Positions 36,806 to 44,932 of a DNA stretch of 64,000 bases are shown here, piece by piece. The stretch is taken from contig CP107246.1 in assembly GCA_030246985.1 (NCBI GenBank), positions 372,282 through 436,281 of the forward strand. Reading direction: 5' to 3'. The translations under genes and the position numbers were made by a program. Each line of letters begins with the position of its first letter. The stretch's first letter is position 1. The stretch is from Candidatus Nitricoxidivorans perseverans. GTDB lineage: Bacteria > Pseudomonadota > Gammaproteobacteria > Burkholderiales > Rhodocyclaceae. Below the pieces are notes generated by a model, which did not search any database, had not been told where the DNA came from, and saw nothing but the letters and a program-made list of their open reading frames with translations.

Positions 36806-37303
36806 ATGAAACATGCATGGGCTTTGATCTGGCTGGGACTGCTCCTGCTATTGGCGGCGAGCGCGGCCAGCCGCGCAGCGGACAACGACGTCAAGCGGCT
36901 CGAAACCCTGGGCGCCTATGAAGCGGCGCTCGACACCGCCGTGGCGCAGCCGCCGGCTCCCGCCATCGACACGCAGGCGCAGGCGGACAAGCTCACCCAC
37001 GAGTTCAAGATGCGCCGGGAAGAAGTCAAGCTGTACGAAATCGCCATCCTGAGCGCGCTGGCCCTGGTCTCCCTGTTCATCGTGCTGCGCTTCATCACCG
37101 CCGAAGCCGCCTACTCGGCATCCCACATCGTGAACGCGACCGGGCTGGTTTTCATCATTTTCGGCACCATCCTGCTCGTGCTCTTGGCGGACACCGATGA
37201 GCAGCTGACTGCCCCGATCGGCATTCTGGGCGCGGTGGCCGGCTATCTGTTCGGCTCCATCAACCGGGGGAAATCCGGCACCGAAACGGGCGGGGAAAAA
37301 TAG
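36806..37303 (+). CDS. Membrane protein (165 aa; signal peptide plus C-terminal TM helices)
   Basis: MKHAWALIWLGLLLLLAASAASRA signal. Hydrophobic segments ILSALALVSLFIVLRFI, GLVFIIFGTILLVLLA and GILGAVAGYLFG. Confidence 0.6.
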   Translation: MKHAWALIWLGLLLLLAASAASRAADNDVKRLETLGAYEAALDTAVAQPPAPAIDTQAQADKLTHEFKMRREEVKLYEIAILSALALVSLFIVLRFITAEAAYSASHIVNATGLVFIIFGTILLVLLADTDEQLTAPIGILGAVAGYLFGSINRGKSGTETGGEK

Positions 37304-37339
37304 GGGAAATAGGGGACGAGGGGAAATAGGGGACAGAGC
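37291..37339. repeat. Degenerate tandem repeat, core GGGGAAATAGGGGAC x2 (17-bp period)
   Basis: GGGGAAAAATAG-GGGAAATAG-GGGACGAG-GGGAAATAG-GGGACAGAG read directly. Perfect 15-mers at 37303-37317 and 37320-37334. Confidence 0.8.
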
Positions 37340-37388
37340 ACGGTTTTCTGTTAAATTCCGCAGGGTCGAGTTCCTCCGCTTTCTCTCC

Positions 37389-37513
37389 ATGCCCCGCCGC
37401 GCTCGCCTGATTCTGCCCAATGTCCCGCTCCATCTGATCCAGCGCGGCAATAACCGCCGGGCGCCCTGATGAAGGCGCTGGGACAGCGGTATGTCCAGCA
37501 TGCCAATCGCGCC
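37389..37513 (+). pseudogene. Remnant of a REP-associated tyrosine transposase (RAYT / IS200-like Y1 transposase)
   Basis: MPRRARLILPNVPLHLIQRGNNRRAP-stop (37389-37469), followed in another frame by KALGQRYVQHANRA. These correspond to the conserved N-terminus and the later LGQRYVQ block of RAYT proteins. The catalytic core between them is missing. Confidence 0.55.
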
Positions 37514-37579
37514 ATGCTTCGGTTTTCTTCCGGTTTTCCTTTCGGCCAGCCGCTAGGCCGGCGATTACTTTCCAAGGAC

Positions 37580-37927
37580 ATGATGATTCGCATATTGAGT
37601 TTGCTGGCGGCGCTGGGGATGGTTGCCGCCTTGTTCGCGGGCGGCGCGCAGCCGGCGGCGGTGGGGTTGTTCGCGGCGCCGTGGGACAAGCTGGCGCACG
37701 CGGGCTTCTTTCTGGCGCTGACGATCCTGCTGCTTCAGGCATGGCCCCGCCCGTGGTGGCTGGCGCCGCTGCTGGCGGTGCTGGTGGGCATGGGCGACGA
37801 GTGGCATCAGTTTTACCTGCCCGGCCGCATGGCGGGGTGGATCGACCTGGTGGCGGACGCGGTGGGAGTGGCGCTGGCGGCGGGCCTGCACGAAGCCGCG
37901 AAAACCGCGGATCGGTCGGCTCAGTAG
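37580..37927 (+). CDS. VanZ-like family membrane protein
   Basis: 115 aa from MMIRILSLLAALGMV... (within ORF 37469..37927). WDKLAHAGFF and DEWHQFYLPGRMAGWIDLVADAVG are VanZ-type motifs. Confidence 0.7.
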   Translation: MMIRILSLLAALGMVAALFAGGAQPAAVGLFAAPWDKLAHAGFFLALTILLLQAWPRPWWLAPLLAVLVGMGDEWHQFYLPGRMAGWIDLVADAVGVALAAGLHEAAKTADRSAQ

Positions 37928-39348
37928 GCGTTCTTCCGCCCCGCCAGGACCCAGACGGTCTTGAGGATGATGTAGATGTCGAAACGCAGCGACCAGTTGC
38001 GCAGGTATTCCAGGTCATATTCGACGCGCTTCTGCATCTTGTCGACGGTGTCGGTTTCGCCGCGGTAGCCGTTGACCTGGGCCCAGCCCGTGATGCCCGG
38101 CTTGACCTTGTGGCGGATCATGTAGCCTTTGATCACCTTGCGGTACACCTCGTTGTGGGCGACCGCGTGCGGCCGGGGGCCGACGATGCTCATCTGGCCC
38201 CGCAGGACGTTGAAGAACTGCGGCAGCTCGTCGAGCGAGCTCTTGCGCAGGAAGCCGCCGATCGAGGTCAGGCGGGAATCGTTCTTCTGCGCCTGGCGAA
38301 TCTCGCCGTCGTCCTCGCAGACCGTCATGGAGCGGAACTTGTAGACGTGGATCTCATCCCCGTCCAGGCCGTAGCGGCGCTGCTTGAAGATCACCGGCCC
38401 GGGCGAGGTCAGCTTCACCGCCAGTGCGATGGCCAGCATCGCGGGCGACAGCAGCAGCAGGATGAGCACCGACAGCACGACGTCGCTCACCCGCTTGAGA
38501 ACGCCGTTCCAGCCCCGGAACGGCGTCTCGCACACCGACACCACCGGCATGCCGCCGACCGTGTCCATGCGCGCCTGGATCAGATCGGTCACGAACATGT
38601 CCGGCACGAAATAGGTTGACGCCGTGGTGTCGCGCAGGCCGCTCAGCACCCTCAGGATGCGCGGCTGCGAGGCCATCGGCAACGACAGGTAGATGGTGTT
38701 GACCTGTTGGCGCTTGACGTATTCCGGCAGCTCGTCGATGCGGCCGAGCAGCAGATAGTCGCCGCCGTCATCCAGGCGGCCGCGGGCGCGATCGTCGAAG
38801 AACCCCAGGAAATCGACGTGGTGGTACGGGCTGGCCAGCATCCGGCGCGCCAGCTCCATGCCTTGCGGATTGGCGCCCGCCACGACCACCCGCCTCGGCG
38901 CCCCTTCCATGACCTTGAGAAAAGGCAGCGCCTGCCGGAACAGCAGATGGCCGCCCAGCACCGCGAATGGCGTGATCAGCAACCACAGTCGCAGCGCGTC
39001 GGCGTCGAAATACTGAATGAAGCGGCTCGCCCACAGGAACACCAGCACCAGGCCGGCCAGCAGCGTCCAGCCGGCGAATATCTTGACCGACATCGCGAGG
39101 GTGGTGGAGGTCAGGCGGTTGTGCCCAGGGTAGGTCAGGGCGAACATGGCCAAGGCCAGCAGCATGTAGTGCGGGGGGATCTCGCCCTGGAAGTATTCCA
39201 CCGAGAAGGCCAGCGACAGCACCACCATCATCGGCTCGATCATCTGTTCGAGGCTGGCCATCAGGCGGCCGTCGCCGCTCCGGCCCAGCGAGGGCAGGCT
39301 GGTGGACTTGGCGCTTTGGCCGGCGAGGATGTCCCGGTTCATCGTCAT
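37921..39348 (-). CDS. Undecaprenyl-phosphate hexose-1-phosphate transferase (EPS priming glycosyltransferase, PEP-CTERM-locus type)
   Basis: 475 aa from MTMNRDIL (ATG 39348, 1-nt overlap with the epsA stop). KRVSDVVLSVLILLLLSPAMLAIALAVKLTSPGPVIFKQRRYGLDG...DELPQFFNVLRGQMSIVGPRPH is bacterial sugar transferase family. Confidence 0.9.
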   Translation of the reverse strand: MTMNRDILAGQSAKSTSLPSLGRSGDGRLMASLEQMIEPMMVVLSLAFSVEYFQGEIPPHYMLLALAMFALTYPGHNRLTSTTLAMSVKIFAGWTLLAGLVLVFLWASRFIQYFDADALRLWLLITPFAVLGGHLLFRQALPFLKVMEGAPRRVVVAGANPQGMELARRMLASPYHHVDFLGFFDDRARGRLDDGGDYLLLGRIDELPEYVKRQQVNTIYLSLPMASQPRILRVLSGLRDTTASTYFVPDMFVTDLIQARMDTVGGMPVVSVCETPFRGWNGVLKRVSDVVLSVLILLLLSPAMLAIALAVKLTSPGPVIFKQRRYGLDGDEIHVYKFRSMTVCEDDGEIRQAQKNDSRLTSIGGFLRKSSLDELPQFFNVLRGQMSIVGPRPHAVAHNEVYRKVIKGYMIRHKVKPGITGWAQVNGYRGETDTVDKMQKRVEYDLEYLRNWSLRFDIYIILKTVWVLAGRKNAY

Positions 39349-40115
39349 CAGGCGCGGATCATCAGGGCGTACTTCGCCACCGCCTGGGCGCGGCAGGTGA
39401 CGTTCAGCTTCTGGAAGATGCGCTTCAAATGGTTCTTGACGGTATTGGGGCTGATGTTGAGGATGAGGCCGATCTCCTGGTTGGTCTTGCCGGAGGTCAC
39501 CCAGTCCATGATCTCCTGCTCGCGCTCGCTGATCATCTCCGGCGGGGCGCCCGGCGCGACGCCTTCCGGCTCGACGGGCGCCAGGCATTCGACCCGGCGC
39601 AGGGCCGAATCTATGTGCGGCACCAGGATGTTCAGAGTCGCCGGATCTGGCTTGATCGGCGTGTCCTTGGCGAAGAAGGCGTACAGGCAATCGTTCCCGC
39701 CGCGCCGGTCGCGGATGCCATGCACCAGCACCGACCGCATCCGTTCCAGGGCGTTGATGCAGCCCTGGGCCGGGATGTCCGCGCCGGCCGGCTTGTGGCG
39801 ATCCAGCACGAACCAGTTCTCGTCGCCGTCCAGCCAGCGGCGGTGCAGATCCCGCATCAGCGGGTCGACGTCGCAGCCGGAAACGACTTGCTGGGTGCGG
39901 ATTTCCGGGATGTTGGAAGCGACGTCGTAGTTCAGGTGGCCGGACGTGAAATCACCCCAGACCGCGACCAGAACGTCATGCGGCAGGAAGGCGCTCACCT
40001 CGTCCTGCAACCAGCGAAAAAACTCGACGTGCCTGACGATGCCGAACGATCCCTCGACGACCGTCAGCAATTCCTCTCTGTCGCGTATCTTGATGCGTGA
40101 CCTCATGGGTCTCAT
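39348..40115 (-). CDS. epsA: EpsA-type LuxR-family regulator (XrtA/PEP-CTERM system associated)
   Basis: 255 aa. C-terminal LuxR HTH ISEREQEIMDWVTSGKTNQEIGLILNISPNTVKNHLKRIFQKLNV. The N-terminal domain and locus position match the EpsA family (TIGR03020, from memory). Confidence 0.75.
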   Translation of the reverse strand: MRPMRSRIKIRDREELLTVVEGSFGIVRHVEFFRWLQDEVSAFLPHDVLVAVWGDFTSGHLNYDVASNIPEIRTQQVVSGCDVDPLMRDLHRRWLDGDENWFVLDRHKPAGADIPAQGCINALERMRSVLVHGIRDRRGGNDCLYAFFAKDTPIKPDPATLNILVPHIDSALRRVECLAPVEPEGVAPGAPPEMISEREQEIMDWVTSGKTNQEIGLILNISPNTVKNHLKRIFQKLNVTCRAQAVAKYALMIRA

Positions 40116-40159
40116 GGGTAGCGTCTAGTGGTTATGCGCGGCCGGCGCGATGCGGAGCG

Positions 40160-42099
40160 CATTATAACCCGACTTTGACACTTTCGAGGCACATTTCAGA
40201 CCGACACCCATCAACCATGCGGGTTTCCGAGCGTCGAATCGCAAAACGCCTAGATACATGGATTGTTGATTATCGCCCCGGAAGGCCGCTACGATACGGG
40301 CCATGTACCTACGCGAGAGCAAACAACGGCGAGCGGATGGCAGCGTCGTGACCTATCTGCAACTGGCGGAGAACGTCTGGGATGCCGCCAAGGGAAGGTC
40401 GCAAGCCAGCATCGTGCATAACTGCGGGCGCGCCGACGATCCCGACGTTGTCGAGCGTCTGCGCAGGCTGGCCAAAAGCATCCTGCGCCGCTGCTCGCCG
40501 GAAGAGATCGTCGCTGCCGATGGCGACTGGCGCCTGATCTGCGCCTGGCCCTACGGCGACCTCTACGTCCTCGAAGCCATCTGGAAGCAACTCGGCATCG
40601 ACGCCATCGTGCGACAGCAGGCCAGCCCGCGGCATCTCGGGTTCGACGTCGAGCGCGCCCTGTTCGCTCTGGTCGCCAATCGTGCCTGCGCGCCGGCCTC
40701 GAAACTCTATTGCCATGAACAGTGGCTCAAGGAAGACGCGCATATCGACGGGACGCAGGGATTGAAACTGCACCAGCTGTACCGCGCCATGGACTTCCTG
40801 GAAGCGAACAAGAACGCCATCGAGCACGCCATCTTCCACCGGGTGGCCGACCTGCTCAATCTCGACGTCGAGGTGATCTTCTACGACACCACCTCGCTGC
40901 ACTTCGAGACCGATGAGGAAGACGAAGGCGACAAGAACGGAAACGTCCAGGGCAGCCAGGCGGCCGGCAAGAAAGTCTATGCCGCTCCTCGCAAGCGCGG
41001 CCACAGCAAGAACGGCCGCAGCGATGCGCCGCAGATCATCGTCGGTATGGCCGTCACCCGGGATGGCTTTCCGGTGCGTCACTGGGTCTTCCCCGGCAAC
41101 ACGGTCGATGTCACCACCGTTGCCCGGGTCAAGGAAGACCTACGCGGCTGGCAACTCACGCGCTGCCTCTTCGTCGGCGATGCCGGCATGGTCTCGCAGG
41201 CCAACTTGCAGACCTTGTCCAAGGGCGGCGGCAAGTACCTGCTGGCGATGCCAATGCGCCGCGGCGACGAGGTCACCGAGGACGTGCTATCGCGACCGGG
41301 CCGCTATCGCACTGTCGCCGAGAATCTGGAGGTGAAGGAAGTCATCGTCGGCGAGGGCGAGCGGCGGCGACGCTATGCGGTCTGCTTCAATCCGCTGGAA
41401 GCCAAACGCCAGAAGGCACATCGGGAGGAACTGCTGAACGAACTGGAGGCGGAACTGGCCAGCCTGTCCGATCTGGCCAAGGTGAGTCACACGAAACGGG
41501 TCTGCGCCTTGCGCAGCAGCGCCCGCTACGGGCGCTTGCTGAAGGAAACGAAGCGGGGCTTGGCGATTGATCGCCAGGCGGTCGCCGAACTGGAGCGTTT
41601 CGACGGCAAGTTCGTGGTGCATAGCAACGACGACACGCTCACGGCCGAGGACATGGCGCTGGGCTACAAACAGCAGCAGCGGGTGGAAGAGGCCTGGCGG
41701 ACGATGAAGAGCGGATTGAAGATGCGTCCGGTGTTCCACTGGGCGCCCCACCGCATTCATGCCCACATCGCCATCACCGTTCTGTCGCTCTTGCTGGAGC
41801 GCACCATCGAGCACGCGTGTCAGGATACCTGGCGCACTATCCGGGATGACCTGAAGCGCATCCAGTTGGCGCTATTGTCCAGCCCCCACGGTCGTGTCTG
41901 GCAGGTGACCGAGCCTTCGCCGGATGCCGCTAACCGATTGAAGGCATTGAAAATAAAGCCGCCGAAGCCGATCCTGAATCTGGATTGACCGCCTTCCCCG
42001 CCTAGATACACACCGATTTCGGCTGTCTCGCCGAATGCTTTGCGCCATGCGGCTTTCCGTGGGGCGTGTTACTTGGCGGTGTCAAAGTCGGGTATAACG
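40160..42099 (+). mobile_element. IS1634-family (IS4-like) insertion sequence, apparently complete
   Basis: Imperfect terminal inverted repeats CATTATAACCCGACTTTGACAC (40160-40181) and GTGTCAAAGTCGGGTATAACG (42079-42099), with a 14-bp perfect core. Single transposase ORF inside. No clear target duplication seen. Confidence 0.8.
40303..41988 (+). CDS. IS1634-family transposase
   Basis: 561 aa. MYLRESKQRRADGSVVTYLQLAENVWD... is the characteristic N-terminus of IS1634-family transposases. DDE-type region follows (IFYDTTSLHFE..., CLFVGDAGM...). Confidence 0.85.
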   Translation: MYLRESKQRRADGSVVTYLQLAENVWDAAKGRSQASIVHNCGRADDPDVVERLRRLAKSILRRCSPEEIVAADGDWRLICAWPYGDLYVLEAIWKQLGIDAIVRQQASPRHLGFDVERALFALVANRACAPASKLYCHEQWLKEDAHIDGTQGLKLHQLYRAMDFLEANKNAIEHAIFHRVADLLNLDVEVIFYDTTSLHFETDEEDEGDKNGNVQGSQAAGKKVYAAPRKRGHSKNGRSDAPQIIVGMAVTRDGFPVRHWVFPGNTVDVTTVARVKEDLRGWQLTRCLFVGDAGMVSQANLQTLSKGGGKYLLAMPMRRGDEVTEDVLSRPGRYRTVAENLEVKEVIVGEGERRRRYAVCFNPLEAKRQKAHREELLNELEAELASLSDLAKVSHTKRVCALRSSARYGRLLKETKRGLAIDRQAVAELERFDGKFVVHSNDDTLTAEDMALGYKQQQRVEEAWRTMKSGLKMRPVFHWAPHRIHAHIAITVLSLLLERTIEHACQDTWRTIRDDLKRIQLALLSSPHGRVWQVTEPSPDAANRLKALKIKPPKPILNLD

Positions 42100-42205
42100 T
42101 CGAACTAACATCCAACAGGGTTTCCCGGAAGAGGCATGATTTGCTGAATATGAAAAATGTTTGCTAGTATAGCCGGCATAATCTTGCGAGGACTGACGGC
42201 CGGCC

Positions 42206-43447
42206 ATGGGTGATCTGATCGGAAAAATCTTCAAGCTGGGTCTGCTGTCCACGCTGTCGGGCAGCATCGGCGCGCTGGCCGCCCAGGTCGATGCCAGGGC
42301 CGCCGCCTCCCCCGTCCCGTCCGACGTGTTCAGCCTCTACGCCAGCGCCGGCCAAACCCATGACAGCAACCTGTTCCGCCTGCCCGGCGGCGTGGATCCG
42401 ACGCCGCTGGTCGGCAAGGCCGATCGCTCCGACGACATCCGGACCGTCAACGCCGGGTTCAGGATAGAAAAGCCGATCAGCCAGCAGCGATTCAAGCTCG
42501 ACGCCTCGGTCACCGAGAACACCTACGGCAACCATGGCTTCCTCGACCACGACACCTACCAGTACGACGGCGCCTGGTACTGGCACCTCACCCCGCGCAT
42601 TTCCGGCGTCATCGGCGTTTCGCGCACCGAGGCGCTGGTCGGGTTCGACAACCTCAACGTCTACGACCAGAAGATCCGCGTCACCACCGAAAAACGCTTC
42701 GAGGCCAATTTCTGGCTGGCCAGCAACTGGCACGCCCTGGCCGGTTTCCTCCTGACAAAGCAGACGACCAGCAGGAGCTTCCAGCAGGAGCGCGACCTCG
42801 AGCAGCGCGGCTGGAACGTCGGCGCGCGCTACGACCGCGGCGCCGGCCGCACGCTGGAATTCCGCTACATCGAGCGGGACGGCAAGTTCAACGACCGGCA
42901 GATCGATCCGGTCGCCTACATCGACGACGCCTTCAAGCAGCGCGATTACGAAGCCCGGCTTGCTTACGCCGTCAGCGACAGGACCCGCGTCGAAGGCACC
43001 GTCGCCTTCGTCGATCGCAGCCATCCCCATGTCCCGCAACGCGATTTCGACGGCTGGCGGGGCAAGGCCGGCCTGAGCTGGATGGCCACCGGCAAGATCG
43101 CCATCCGGGCCGATTACGAGCGCCGGATCCAGTCCTGGCAGGACGTCAGCAGCAGCTATTACGTCAGCGAGACCGTGACGGTCGGGCCCCAGTGGTCAGT
43201 GACCGCCAAACAGGCGCTCGGCGCCAGCGCCGTGTTCGGGAAGACCCGGTACGAAGGCGCGCCGCCCACCTGGACCGGCCCCCTGCGCGAAGATAAGAGC
43301 AGGGCGCTGGCCTTCAACTGGGCCTGGGAGCCGCACCGCGCCGTCAGCGTCAACGCCACCGTGCGCCGGGAAATACGCGACTCCAGCCTGGACAACCACG
43401 ATTTCGCGGACACCACCGTCGGGCTCAACCTCCGGCTGCTGTTCTAA
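42206..43447 (+). CDS. PEP-CTERM-system-associated outer-membrane beta-barrel protein (TIGR03016-like, from memory)
   Basis: 413 aa. Signal-like N-terminus. Alternating beta-strand pattern throughout. C-terminal ...VGLNLRLLF with terminal Phe, typical of OMPs. Confidence 0.6.
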   Translation: MGDLIGKIFKLGLLSTLSGSIGALAAQVDARAAASPVPSDVFSLYASAGQTHDSNLFRLPGGVDPTPLVGKADRSDDIRTVNAGFRIEKPISQQRFKLDASVTENTYGNHGFLDHDTYQYDGAWYWHLTPRISGVIGVSRTEALVGFDNLNVYDQKIRVTTEKRFEANFWLASNWHALAGFLLTKQTTSRSFQQERDLEQRGWNVGARYDRGAGRTLEFRYIERDGKFNDRQIDPVAYIDDAFKQRDYEARLAYAVSDRTRVEGTVAFVDRSHPHVPQRDFDGWRGKAGLSWMATGKIAIRADYERRIQSWQDVSSSYYVSETVTVGPQWSVTAKQALGASAVFGKTRYEGAPPTWTGPLREDKSRALAFNWAWEPHRAVSVNATVRREIRDSSLDNHDFADTTVGLNLRLLF

Positions 43448-43614
43448 CCGAAACGGAATCCCGCCAAAATCGCCCATGGGCTTGCCAGGCCTTTGTTTCA
43501 AGAATGTGCATAAAATGCAAAAATCATTAGCCCGATTGGGCTATTGATAAAATCGCTCCGGATTTGCTTTAATGCGAACAAGCAGAACCAGTTTGCCCAA
43601 CGGAGATGACAATC

Positions 43615-44283
43615 ATGAAAATCAAACATGCAATGACGAGCCTGGCGCTTGGCATGACGCTGGCGGCGGGCAATGCGCAAGCGGCGTTGCACGACTGGGG
43701 CGGCGGGTTGATCTACGATGACGTGCTCGACGTGACCTGGCTTTCGGATGCCAACTACGCCGAGACTTCGGGTTACGATGCCGACGGCAAGATGACTTGG
43801 GCCGGTGCTACGGCTTGGGCGGCCGCCCTCAGCTACACCGTAGGTGCCGTAACCTATACCGACTGGCGGCTGCCCACCGCGCTCAATACGGATGGTTCGG
43901 GCCCGTGTTCCGGCTCCTGTAACGACAGCGAGATGGGGCACCTGTTTTATGTCGACCTGGGCGGGTCATTCGGTTCCCCCATATCGACCAGTGTCGACCC
44001 CGACCTTTCCAAGTTCCAAAATATCAAGGACGGCGTCGGCACCTTGAGTGGCGGGTATTACTGGTCGAGTACCGAATATTCCGTTTTCCCTGGGTTGATG
44101 GCATGGAATTTCGATATGGGAAGCGGCAATCAACAAGATTGGAGCCTGAAGTCCAATGCTTATTACGCCTGGGCGGTGCGTGACGGCGCCCCCATCCCCG
44201 AGCCCGGTGAATGGGCCTTGATGCTTTCTGGTTTGGGTTTGGTCGGGTTCATGGCGCGTCGGCGTGCGGCAAGATTGGCATGA
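43615..44283 (+). CDS. PEP-CTERM protein with DUF1566 (Lcl C-terminal-like) domain
   Basis: MKIKHAMTSLALGMTLAAGNAQA signal. VTWLSDANYA...DWRLPT...GHLFY...YWSST are DUF1566 hallmarks. C-terminus IPEPGEWALMLSGLGLVGFMARRR. Confidence 0.8.
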   Translation: MKIKHAMTSLALGMTLAAGNAQAALHDWGGGLIYDDVLDVTWLSDANYAETSGYDADGKMTWAGATAWAAALSYTVGAVTYTDWRLPTALNTDGSGPCSGSCNDSEMGHLFYVDLGGSFGSPISTSVDPDLSKFQNIKDGVGTLSGGYYWSSTEYSVFPGLMAWNFDMGSGNQQDWSLKSNAYYAWAVRDGAPIPEPGEWALMLSGLGLVGFMARRRAARLA

Positions 44284-44331
44284 TCTGATTTGTTTTCATT
44301 TTTGCGGTTTTTTTCTTCTTGGGAGGTTTGT

Positions 44332-44835
44332 ATGAACGTTCAAAAGACTCTGGCCGCGGCGCTGTTCGGCGCGGGAATTTTCGCGGCCGGCCTGGCCCAG
44401 GCCACTACCGATCTGGGCACGCTCGGCTCGGCGCCGACCGGCGGGAGCAATGGCTATGGTGCCAGCACGCCCTTCGCCGATGAATACAAGTTCAGCATCG
44501 GCACTCTGTCCACCGTGAGTGCTTGGGTCGGCGAAGTCAACTTCTTGGGCCTTGATCTGTTGCCCGGCTGGACGGTCGATCTGATGGACTCCACCCATAC
44601 TTCGCTGGTCGGCGGCCCTTACGCTCCCCCCGGCACTTCGGCCAGCGGCTCCTGGACCCTCGGCAGCGGCGACTATTACGTCGAAATCGCCGGCACCACC
44701 GGCGCCTCGGGCGGCGGTTATTCCTACTCCCTGTCCGCCGTTCCCGTCCCCGAGCCGGGCGAGCTGGCCCTCATGCTTTCCGGCATGGGCCTGATGGGCT
44801 ACATGGTTCGCCGTCGCAAGAACGGCGCGGCCTGA
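44332..44835 (+). CDS. PEP-CTERM sorting-domain protein
   Basis: 167 aa from MNVQKTLAAALFGAGIFAAGLAQA (GGGAGG RBS). C-terminus VPEPGELALMLSGMGLMGYMVRRRK. Confidence 0.85.
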   Translation: MNVQKTLAAALFGAGIFAAGLAQATTDLGTLGSAPTGGSNGYGASTPFADEYKFSIGTLSTVSAWVGEVNFLGLDLLPGWTVDLMDSTHTSLVGGPYAPPGTSASGSWTLGSGDYYVEIAGTTGASGGGYSYSLSAVPVPEPGELALMLSGMGLMGYMVRRRKNGAA

Positions 44836-44850
44836 TCGGCTTTTCGTCCG

Positions 44851-44884
44851 AAAAAGCGAGGGGGATCGCCCCCCTCGCTTTTTA
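44851..44884 (+). terminator. Rho-independent terminator
   Basis: AAAGCGAGGGGG-atcgc-CCCCCTCGCTTT, a 12-bp stem (44853-44881), followed by extra T residues. 16 nt after the stop of the PEP-CTERM gene. Confidence 0.8.
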
Positions 44885-44932
44885 GTTGTTTACGCGCACC
44901 GGAACCCAATACGCAAGCCTGACTCTGACTGG

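Noticed and set aside
37291-37339. A possible CRISPR-like array, considered because of the short direct repeats.
   Set aside because: There are only two perfect 15-mers plus degenerate units. There are no spacers of 25-40 nt and no cas genes. It is a simple tandem repeat.
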